From the IMG/VR virus record IMGVR_UViG_3300031801_001562: 64,000 nt of DNA; one strand, written 5' to 3'. Under the pieces are notes generated by a model. That model worked only from the letters and a program-made list of their open reading frames with translations, had not been told where the DNA came from and made no database searches. Positions 7,619 to 15,923 of the stretch are shown here, piece by piece; the stretch's first letter is position 1; each line of letters opens with the position of its first letter. Source of the stretch: a virus. Lineage: Duplodnaviria; Caudoviricetes. Position numbers and translations under genes: made by a program.

Positions 7619-9356
7619 TATATACTTCGTAAGGGTCTTTCATCTTATTATACTGAGTATCAACTATTGAATGATTAAACCCATACTCATCTTTTAAATA
7701 ATCTCCTATTTCTCCATAGAAACGGTCTTTTTCTTTAGCAATATGTATAGCAGTTGCTTCTTCATATTCCCAATATATATTAGAGGCTCCCGGAACTTTA
7801 CGCCCCCATGGAATCTCTCTATCAAATACCTTCTTTAATAGTCTCATTGTTACTGTATATTCTCTATATAGTAATGACTTATCGTTTTCATTAAACCACT
7901 CGAATAATCCATTATAAAACTCTCTCATTGATATATTATGATTATTCTTTAATTCTAATGCTAATATTCTAAGCCATCCTAAAAAATGTAGAGATATCAT
8001 AAACCACTTCCATCCAGAGGCATCTAAGTATTCATCAAACGTCATATTACTAGAACCGACTACTACAGAATTAGTGTCTTTTAATAATTGGTCTGGAGGA
8101 TGTTCATGGTGAAAAAATGCAGGTGATGTTTGTTTTATTAGTACATTATATTTTCTGCAATATTCAGGATCCCCAAATGGGGTTTGGGGAAGAGCCACCA
8201 TTATATATATGCCGATGTAATTGTGATAATCTATATCATCAATCAATCTAAAGAGACCTTCTTTAAAGCTATGTAGTGATTCCTCTGGTAGTCCAAGAAT
8301 AGTTTCTATGTAACATGGTACTCCTCTACTTTTTAAATAATCTATCACCTCTTTTAGATTAGTATTCTCATTAGATCTTTCAATCGCTTTTAATGTATCA
8401 TCATTCATCGATTGTAGAGCGATTGTAACACTTTTATTAAGGCCTACCTTCCATAAGTCTTCTGCTATATCAAATAGCCATGCCTTCTTATGCTTCGCCC
8501 ATGTTATATTAAGTGTATCCGGATATCCAGTAGATTTTTTAGTATCAATCAGTAAATCAGATATAATCTTATGATCTTTGAACATGCCAAAATTATTATC
8601 AATAAGGTGTAAGTATTCTATCTTTTTATCAGCTATCCAATCAATCTCTTTTATTAACTTATCATTGTCTTGTCTATGCACTTTGGTCCAGTGCCTATCA
8701 CCTGTCTCACAAAAAGTACACATATATGGACAGCCACGCGATAATTCTACTAAGCCCTCCCATTCATATGGATAATCTTTAATTTCCAGGAGATCATCAA
8801 ATAACCCATCTAAATATGGGCTTGGTAGTGTTTTGATGTCTTTTATTCTCTCTCTGTCTCCTCCATTTTGAAATAACGATGTTGTAATACCCTTGACCAT
8901 ACTGAGGTCTTGCTCGTGTAATAGCGCTTTAAGGATGTGTTTAAACCCTGTCTCACCTTCATTATGTACTGCCACATCAATGAATGGTTTATCTTTTAAG
9001 AACTTTTTACATCTGTTGGGATGTGGTAAATTTAGCCCGCCGTATATAATTAAACAATTAGGGTTTATCTTTTTTATTTCAGCACATAACCTATCACTCG
9101 CGTGCTCATTCCATACAAAATAAGAAGTAGCTATGATATCACATTCGGCCAACTTTCTAGCCGTAGCTGAATAATCAAAATCGCCATCAAGTACATACAC
9201 CCAGTCATTAACATCAAAAGAATAATTATCAGTAATCTCTTTATCAGTCCTGCAATAACTCCAAATACAACCTGTTGAGTATGGCAACTTAATCTGGTTG
9301 GAAAATATATGTGTTAATTCAACAAACGCGATGCGCTTAGAAGTCGTATTGTTCAT
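7548..9356 (-). CDS. cobalamin-binding radical SAM protein (class B methyltransferase-like)
   Basis: SRGCPYMCTFC (CxxxCxxC), N-terminal B12-binding-like domain (YIIYGG, EGE), LPSPYL, ILGLPEES. Confidence 0.85.
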   Translation of the reverse strand: MNNTTSKRIAFVELTHIFSNQIKLPYSTGCIWSYCRTDKEITDNYSFDVNDWVYVLDGDFDYSATARKLAECDIIATSYFVWNEHASDRLCAEIKKINPNCLIIYGGLNLPHPNRCKKFLKDKPFIDVAVHNEGETGFKHILKALLHEQDLSMVKGITTSLFQNGGDRERIKDIKTLPSPYLDGLFDDLLEIKDYPYEWEGLVELSRGCPYMCTFCETGDRHWTKVHRQDNDKLIKEIDWIADKKIEYLHLIDNNFGMFKDHKIISDLLIDTKKSTGYPDTLNITWAKHKKAWLFDIAEDLWKVGLNKSVTIALQSMNDDTLKAIERSNENTNLKEVIDYLKSRGVPCYIETILGLPEESLHSFKEGLFRLIDDIDYHNYIGIYIMVALPQTPFGDPEYCRKYNVLIKQTSPAFFHHEHPPDQLLKDTNSVVVGSSNMTFDEYLDASGWKWFMISLHFLGWLRILALELKNNHNISMREFYNGLFEWFNENDKSLLYREYTVTMRLLKKVFDREIPWGRKVPGASNIYWEYEEATAIHIAKEKDRFYGEIGDYLKDEYGFNHSIVDTQYNKMKDPYEVYNGNLEKWARECMWWGRRTERFFV

Positions 9357-10392
9357 TTTTACCTTCTCTATGTAAGTCCAATGTCACACAATGAAATCCA
9401 CCCCCTAATGTTTTAGCATGTCTTAGGCGCATGGGGATTGAATCAATATTATATTTTTTTAATTCTTTTATTAGTGGCGTTTGACTTTCTTCTACAATAA
9501 CTACTTTTTCATTAATACTTAAAATATTTAGTCCTATTGCGGGTGATGCAATAGCAATGCTAGCGTCAGATGAACCACTGCTGCTTCTAATACCCTGATC
9601 TACTATATCTGTAAAGAATATCTTATCCCATTTCTTAAATATTTCAGGATAATTATCTTCACTACATCTATGTCCGTTTAATAATACGAGACCTGGTCTT
9701 AACGGTATTACTGTGCTGTCAAAATGTGCTCCTGAATACTGATATGCTAGATGTACATTATATTCTGGAAACATTGATTGAAGCCATTTGCCTCCTTTTT
9801 CATTACCGCTATTACTCACCTGATATAATAAATCTTTGCCCATTCTTACAACATTTGCGGCGTCAAAAAGAATTTCTTTATTCATTAATGTTGGTTTCGA
9901 TAAGTCTTCAAAATTAAACGATGCATCTAATAATTGAGGTCTAGGAGCTGAAAACCATTTACCGGAACATTGATTCAAAATACGTCTATAGGCGTGCATC
10001 TCAAAGTACCGACTACGCATTACATTGGGAGTTTCAATTAAACAATCATTTAGTACTAAAAATATATCACGCGGGCAATAATTATACCATCCTTGTGCTA
10101 TCCATTCCGAAGACATTACTCTTCTTTTGTGATTTGTTTTATCTGGTCTATGAACTTTTATATCCAAACTTGTCAGAACCTTACAAAACAACCCTAAATC
10201 TTCATTGGTCTCTTCTATAACTTGTTTATCATACGATCCAACTAGAGATTTAATTTTATTATCACTCAAATTCGCATACATGAAATTCTTCATGGATAAA
10301 TCAAACGAAGGTATCCGAGCACCGGTAGCATCTCCAACGATTACCTCTTTAAGAGGGTCCCATCCGTTACAGGATTGTATAATAGTTTCCAA
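9337..10392 (-). CDS. amidinotransferase (glycine / inosamine-phosphate amidinotransferase, StrB1-like)
   Basis: WDPLKEVIVG, YCPRD, FDAAN, HFDS and GGGFHC (catalytic Asp/His/Cys). Confidence 0.85.
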   Translation of the reverse strand: METIIQSCNGWDPLKEVIVGDATGARIPSFDLSMKNFMYANLSDNKIKSLVGSYDKQVIEETNEDLGLFCKVLTSLDIKVHRPDKTNHKRRVMSSEWIAQGWYNYCPRDIFLVLNDCLIETPNVMRSRYFEMHAYRRILNQCSGKWFSAPRPQLLDASFNFEDLSKPTLMNKEILFDAANVVRMGKDLLYQVSNSGNEKGGKWLQSMFPEYNVHLAYQYSGAHFDSTVIPLRPGLVLLNGHRCSEDNYPEIFKKWDKIFFTDIVDQGIRSSSGSSDASIAIASPAIGLNILSINEKVVIVEESQTPLIKELKKYNIDSIPMRLRHAKTLGGGFHCVTLDLHREGKNEQYDF

Positions 10393-11068
10393 TTTTAAAT
10401 AATTCTTTTTGTGTTTGCCATTTGCCTCTCTTTCTTACTTTTACATCAGAAAGACTTTCATTATTATATTCACTCCAACCACATGCTTTGAAGTCCATAG
10501 AAACTCTAGTATTTTTAGATTTATTATGCACGTAGCCACCATGCAACACTTGATCAAACACAACCATTTCTCCATGTTTAGGTGTTTGCATTACATCATC
10601 TACAAATATGCCGTTATCCTCATCCATATCTGTTAAAGGAATTATAAAATTAGTTTCAAACTCTGGGTGATGAAAAGGAAAATCCATTTCATAATGTATA
10701 TTAGCTTCTCTATCGTTTATTAGAGTTGTATCTTCATAAAATTTCCAATCATATCCTGATGGGAATATTTTAATTGATGGTAATTGTTGTATTACCGTAT
10801 TCTCACCAAACCAAGATTTCACTACATCTTTTTGAAACTCCCACCACATAAATCTAAACGCATAGGACTCATGCAATAATACTCTATAGAGTTTTTCAAT
10901 CAATCCATATTGTGTATCTTCTTCAGGTAAATGTACTCCGCCTGCAGTATTATAAGTCACTGGTTTAATGTCATGATTCAAATGTATATCTTCAAGTCGA
11001 CCTAAGCAGTCTTCAAACCATTTTCTAAAGTTATATTTCTCTATGTCATATTTGATTATCTCAATCAT
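10367..11068 (-). CDS. StrG-like / PhyH-like Fe(II)/2OG oxygenase; probable start MIEIIK at 11068
   Basis: QQLPSIKI, HYE..HHP.FETNFIIPLTD, LHG..HN....TRVSMDF. Confidence 0.6.
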   Translation of the reverse strand: MIEIIKYDIEKYNFRKWFEDCLGRLEDIHLNHDIKPVTYNTAGGVHLPEEDTQYGLIEKLYRVLLHESYAFRFMWWEFQKDVVKSWFGENTVIQQLPSIKIFPSGYDWKFYEDTTLINDREANIHYEMDFPFHHPEFETNFIIPLTDMDEDNGIFVDDVMQTPKHGEMVVFDQVLHGGYVHNKSKNTRVSMDFKACGWSEYNNESLSDVKVRKRGKWQTQKELFKIGNYYTIL

Positions 11069-11849
11069 ATACAAACTCGTCTTTATTATATGTGCCTTTA
11101 TACACATTCTTTAAAAATTTAGGAATTTCCTTACCGTCTACAAACCCAGCTATTTGTTTGTACATTACCTCATGATTGACATCTGTAAGGTGATTAACTC
11201 TAAAATGAAGATCATCGGATATTTTATGAATTAACCTTTCTTCTTCTACATATTCATTCCAAACAACTCTCTCTAATCCTTCATCATGGACGTAAAAATA
11301 TTCATCATTTAATGAATTTTTAATATAAGATTCTTCCATACTTAAATGGTATATGAATATTTTACATTTTTGTATTCTTGAAGCTGTATATAATAATGAT
11401 TCATATTTCCAATTACCATAGACAGTTTCATCGCGGAATGTATCTACAGCAAAGCGTGCCTTGTCTTTATTTATTTTTATCCATTTATCATATTCAGATT
11501 CTAATTCGATACCATCTCCTGCTTTGTCCGATGATTCTGAATCCGTAATATTTCTTACTATCCTACCATTCCATTGGTGTATTTCGCCGCCGGCTTCTTC
11601 AATGTTAAAATATATTCTAGGAGCTCCTGACACAACAAATACAATTAAATCCTCATGAGTATAACTATGAAGACTCTCATAAAATTTTTTAAATGAATAC
11701 ATCGGCCCTGAACCGGATTTACCATAATTTACAGTTTCAGGCCACCTCTTTCTCAATAATCCATACCATGTAATTTCTTGCCACCTGGAGGGATCACTCC
11801 AACTAGGATCTGCAAAGCTATCACCATATATTGTTACTCTTTCAATCAT
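11061..11849 (-). CDS. SGNH/GDSL-like protein, paralog 2
   Basis: IYGDSF ... GSGP ... NHLTDVNH; ends FVYD. Confidence 0.6.
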   Translation of the reverse strand: MIERVTIYGDSFADPSWSDPSRWQEITWYGLLRKRWPETVNYGKSGSGPMYSFKKFYESLHSYTHEDLIVFVVSGAPRIYFNIEEAGGEIHQWNGRIVRNITDSESSDKAGDGIELESEYDKWIKINKDKARFAVDTFRDETVYGNWKYESLLYTASRIQKCKIFIYHLSMEESYIKNSLNDEYFYVHDEGLERVVWNEYVEEERLIHKISDDLHFRVNHLTDVNHEVMYKQIAGFVDGKEIPKFLKNVYKGTYNKDEFVYD

Positions 11850-12612
11850 ATATAAATCTGTCTGTTGGTTGATCTGGTTCTTCTAACAGATTATAATTAA
11901 ATTCTGGTATCGTTCGAATACCTTGAACAAAATTATTAATAATATTATACATCACTTTATGATTCTCTTCAGACAAATGATTATTTCTTTTATTGTCTTC
12001 ATAAAAAGGTTCGCCTGGATTTTTATATTCATTTCTAGATATATCTTGTAAAGCCATAGGATTTATATAAAATAATCCATCATTAAGGCTATCTTTTATA
12101 TACGAATCATCATAGTTTAAAAAGAATATACAAATTTTACATTTATGTATTCTGGATATTGTATAGAGAAATGATTCATTCTTTTTATTACTGTTTATTA
12201 CTTCTCTTTCAAATGTCTTCATCGTATAAGACATATGATCTTTATGAGATTGATGAAAAGATGGATCAAAGACATCATTGCATTTCATTTTTTGATTTTT
12301 AAAATCCCAATAAGATTCATGAACTAACATAATATCATTGTGTTCATAGGTTCTATACTCTTTGGGAAGATGATATTGAATTCTTTCTTCTCCAGATAAA
12401 ATCCATATGACTAAATCTTCTTTATCAAATTGTTTATATCGTCTATAAAACTCTTTCATACTATAATGAGGCCCAGTACCAGCCTTAGCGAAGTTATTAT
12501 ACTCGAGTTGTTTAGCTAACGTTTCATACCAAGTCTCATGCACATATCTTTCTTTTCCCCAATTTGGATCAGCATAGCTATCACCAAATATCCATACTCT
12601 TTTAATCGTCAT
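11842..12612 (-). CDS. SGNH/GDSL-like protein, paralog 3
   Basis: IFGDSY ... GTGP ... NHLSEENH; ends FIYD. Confidence 0.6.
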   Translation of the reverse strand: MTIKRVWIFGDSYADPNWGKERYVHETWYETLAKQLEYNNFAKAGTGPHYSMKEFYRRYKQFDKEDLVIWILSGEERIQYHLPKEYRTYEHNDIMLVHESYWDFKNQKMKCNDVFDPSFHQSHKDHMSYTMKTFEREVINSNKKNESFLYTISRIHKCKICIFFLNYDDSYIKDSLNDGLFYINPMALQDISRNEYKNPGEPFYEDNKRNNHLSEENHKVMYNIINNFVQGIRTIPEFNYNLLEEPDQPTDRFIYD

Positions 12613-13237
12613 ACCAATCTAAATTACTAATATCTTTATAATGATTATTATCAGCTATATCTTTATCGTCGAAACCAAAATTAATGCGATCATTAAAATT
12701 AAATAATCCTAATTCTGCAGTTTCTGGAGTCATATACATATTATACCCAGATGCCATAAGCTTGTCATCTACATACTTTACATCTTTATTTCTGCCCATA
12801 TAAATCATTGGTCTTGCCCAGTCAACAAAATCTTTATTATCTGTTAATATCATACCACCTCTAACAGTAGATATTGTTTTTCTATGATGGAAACTAAGAC
12901 AATAATAAGTATCCGAAAAATACATGTTTTCGGTAAATCTACATGCAGAATCAACAATATCCAGTGATTCTATCGGATAATATCCCTTCCATTTGAAATC
13001 TATAAATTTTAATTTATAGCCGGCATGATGAAGTGATTGGGGTACACTTATATATGTTTGTTTAGGTAATTCTGCTATGTTATTATATGTTTCAAATGGC
13101 TTAATTTTTTTATTCCATAATGCTGCTATAAAAATTGCATTAGTACAGCTGTCTGTAGCTACTGCATATTTGGAGCCGCCAAATTCTGCAATTGTTTCTT
13201 CAAATTCTTTTACTTTGTTCCACATTAAATAACTCAC
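12602..13237 (-). CDS. short DegT/DnrJ/EryC1/StrS-family PLP aminotransferase
   Basis: FE..IAEF.G.KYAVATDSCT.A, IVDSA, LSFHHRK (PLP Lys), GGMILT; only ~210 aa. Confidence 0.8.
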   Translation of the reverse strand: MSYLMWNKVKEFEETIAEFGGSKYAVATDSCTNAIFIAALWNKKIKPFETYNNIAELPKQTYISVPQSLHHAGYKLKFIDFKWKGYYPIESLDIVDSACRFTENMYFSDTYYCLSFHHRKTISTVRGGMILTDNKDFVDWARPMIYMGRNKDVKYVDDKLMASGYNMYMTPETAELGLFNFNDRINFGFDDKDIADNNHYKDISNLDWYDD

Positions 13238-14102
13238 AATAATGATTATAATTAAATACTATTTTATCTTTAACTGTTTTAATCTTCTTCGTAAATATAT
13301 CGGGCTCCATTTGCATATAAGGTTCTATTGAATCGTTTAATCTGTTTAGGCGTCTCCAATTTGGATCAAACACTCCGCCGTCAAAACTATAATCAAATAA
13401 TTCATCATATAACTCAAAACCAAGATCTTTTAACTTAGCATGGATTCCTTGACCACCCCAAACTAAGAAAGGTTTTTGAAATACTATAGGTTTCCATGTT
13501 TTTTCTGTAATGAAAAGAGAATCAATGGTTGATTCTAATACCAAATCACAATTAGATTGATAATATTCAAGGGGCACTAATTCTTGAAATCCTCGATGAT
13601 CGGATTCTATCTCCGTAAGCTTTATTATATCAAGATTAGAAAAACCATTTTTACCTTTATATTCTTCTAATGGAGTGTCCGGATGCCATTTATACTCTAT
13701 TTCATTAACTTTAGAATAAGGATTATTAGAATATATAAAATATTTATTAGTATATAATTTATCTAATAATTCATACTTGTGTTCTCTGGGGGCTGAGCAT
13801 AAGCTAATAAAATTATATTTTATAGGACCGTGAAGTACTGGGCGATTATAATATATGTCTCTACTGCGTTGGCTAATTTCTGTTAGGAAGGAGTAAGGAT
13901 CATAAACTATTTTAAGTTTATCATTCTTCAGATTACCATCAGCAGTGTAATACGTTACTTCATTAGGTAAGTCTTCTAAAAACTTGATAATATCTTCTCT
14001 GAACACCTCCCATACATCATAGACCTCTATAGGGCCTTCAACTTTTAATAAGGGTGTTAGATCTGGATCATTAACTGTTGGTGGGTTAATATAAAATTTC
14101 AT
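13200..14102 (-). CDS. putative glycosyltransferase-like protein ('DELFDYSFD' family), paralog 4
   Basis: DLVLES..FITEKTWKPI..KPFLVWG..GFELYDELFDYSFD. Confidence 0.55.
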   Translation of the reverse strand: MKFYINPPTVNDPDLTPLLKVEGPIEVYDVWEVFREDIIKFLEDLPNEVTYYTADGNLKNDKLKIVYDPYSFLTEISQRSRDIYYNRPVLHGPIKYNFISLCSAPREHKYELLDKLYTNKYFIYSNNPYSKVNEIEYKWHPDTPLEEYKGKNGFSNLDIIKLTEIESDHRGFQELVPLEYYQSNCDLVLESTIDSLFITEKTWKPIVFQKPFLVWGGQGIHAKLKDLGFELYDELFDYSFDGGVFDPNWRRLNRLNDSIEPYMQMEPDIFTKKIKTVKDKIVFNYNHYCELFNVEQSKRI

Positions 14103-14953
14103 TCATATATAAAGTCTACTAACTTATTTGGATCCGGATCATGTCGATTTTCACCGGCTTCTACATCACGAATAAAGTGTTCATGAAACTTGGTAGGCAA
14201 ATCTGTTTTATTAAAATGATTTGTCATTATATTACTTAGCACTATATGATTACGATGTGTAAAATGATTAATCATACCAGCATGATGAATAATTTCATCT
14301 GACCATTCTTTTTTTGAATGATCAAATAAGGGAAGTGAATAAAAATGAAATAAATCATCGTTAAGAATTGTAAAATCAAATAGCTCTTCCTTGTATACTC
14401 TACTAAAAGGATTGGGAGTCATACCCCATACACGAAAAACTATCATTGGCCAATTGTTCAACTTAGATAGTGCATGAAGATATGTAACATTCTTTAAGTT
14501 TTGATGATCAAATTCATCCCACATACTTTCATAAAGAGATGTTATACTAAATTCCTCTTCTGGTGTATAATAATATTCAGCAAGTTCCGGATTTCCTTCA
14601 CGTTTAGCCATCCAATCTTGATATGCTGAAGATGAGTCTATACCACCTTTCCGGTTTCTTTTATCACTAGGGTTTTTTGTACTATCTGTAGTTCCTTCTA
14701 GCCAAGTCCAAGGAATTCTATATGTACTAGATAATACAAATACGAACTTAGGATTTAATCCAAAACATTCTTGCTCATAATGCCGGTGAAATTTTGCTAA
14801 TGTCTCAGCAGGTCCTTCACCACACTTTCCATGATTATCATGTTCTTCATCTAGATTTTTAGAAAGCATTTGATACCAACGTTCATGGTCGTGCATTCCT
14901 AATTTTTCTGCTCGTTCATTTTCTACAAAACTATCACCATACAAATATATCAT
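14099..14953 (-). CDS. SGNH/GDSL-like protein, paralog 4
   Basis: LYGDSF ... GEGP ... NHFTHRNH; ends DFIYE. Confidence 0.6.
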   Translation of the reverse strand: MIYLYGDSFVENERAEKLGMHDHERWYQMLSKNLDEEHDNHGKCGEGPAETLAKFHRHYEQECFGLNPKFVFVLSSTYRIPWTWLEGTTDSTKNPSDKRNRKGGIDSSSAYQDWMAKREGNPELAEYYYTPEEEFSITSLYESMWDEFDHQNLKNVTYLHALSKLNNWPMIVFRVWGMTPNPFSRVYKEELFDFTILNDDLFHFYSLPLFDHSKKEWSDEIIHHAGMINHFTHRNHIVLSNIMTNHFNKTDLPTKFHEHFIRDVEAGENRHDPDPNKLVDFIYE

Positions 14954-14955
14954 AA

Positions 14956-15576
14956 TTAACTATTTGAGGACATCTTCTTTTGAGGGTTATAAGCTTTTTC
15001 ACCGTCATAATAATATAAAGATTGATGAGGATCTTCAATAGGAGTGCTATTACTTTGATAATAAAATTTTCTTATAGCATATCTAGTTCCACTTGTTATT
15101 TCTTTAACGCCATGAGGTGCAACTTCATTATTTTTAAATAATATAGTTGTATTATGACTGGGAACGTGTCTCCATACAACATTTTCTCTTTTCTCATCCC
15201 AGATTTGAAATTCACCTCCTTTACAATCTCCGAGATAAATTGTTAAACTTAATGCTCTATTTAATTTAACCCTATCATTCCAATTAAAATCTATATGAGG
15301 ATCGAGTTTACATCCTCTAGTCATTTTAGAGATTCCTTCACCTACACCCATAGGATCAAATAACAATCCTTCCAGATTTGTTTCTTCTTCTAAATTTTTA
15401 ATTGTTTTTTGTGAATGGAGTTGATTATATACTTCTCTGAGATCTACATGCTGTTCCCAATCATAATATTCATACATCAAACTATTATTTCTCTCAAAAA
15501 TTTTCCAATCCTCAATACCTTCAAGAGTTTTAAGACAGCTCGTTGCCAATTTTTCATCAAGAAACCAAGACTTCAT
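14956..15576 (-). CDS. 2OG-Fe(II) oxygenase (prolyl-4-hydroxylase-like)
   Basis: PHID (HxD), GGEF, PHGV (distal His), RYAIR (2OG Arg). Confidence 0.85.
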   Translation of the reverse strand: MKSWFLDEKLATSCLKTLEGIEDWKIFERNNSLMYEYYDWEQHVDLREVYNQLHSQKTIKNLEEETNLEGLLFDPMGVGEGISKMTRGCKLDPHIDFNWNDRVKLNRALSLTIYLGDCKGGEFQIWDEKRENVVWRHVPSHNTTILFKNNEVAPHGVKEITSGTRYAIRKFYYQSNSTPIEDPHQSLYYYDGEKAYNPQKKMSSNS

Positions 15577-15772
15577 TATGTTCCATAAGATTGGTTAATA
15601 AAGCGGATGAAACAAATTCCGCCTCATCTCTATCTACTACTACAAAATCACCGTCCACATCTACAACTACAAAATTACCAGTTTCTTTAAATATTCTAAT
15701 TTGATATTGTTTTGATTGAGCAAGGAGATCAGTATGAATTTCTATTTCAGGATGTCTCGATATGTTCATCAC
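15557..15772 (-). CDS. hypothetical protein
   Basis: ORF track; overlapped with neighbours. Confidence 0.6.
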   Translation of the reverse strand: MMNISRHPEIEIHTDLLAQSKQYQIRIFKETGNFVVVDVDGDFVVVDRDEAEFVSSALLTNLMEHNEVLVS

Positions 15773-15914
15773 TTCCCTCTATTTCGCTGTTTTCATCTAA
15801 TTCTTCGAGATTAGCTAGCCTTAGGCGTTCAATGTTTTCATCTTTTAAAGGAAAAGGAATTATTTTTGCAGGTCCTCTTAGTTCTTGAATTTTTCTACTT
15901 ATCCAATCTTTCAT
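15747..15914 (-). CDS. small hypothetical protein (55 aa, MKDWISRKIQELRGPAKIIPFP...)
   Basis: Hand translation; fills the gap on the coding strand. Confidence 0.5.
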   Translation of the reverse strand: MKDWISRKIQELRGPAKIIPFPLKDENIERLRLANLEELDENSEIEGSDEHIETS

Positions 15915-15923
15915 AATTCATGC

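Noticed and set aside
3290-13412. CRISPR-like array from the 26-38 bp repeats
   Set aside because: Copies are 1-7 kb apart inside coding sequence and encode a conserved peptide; no spacer periodicity
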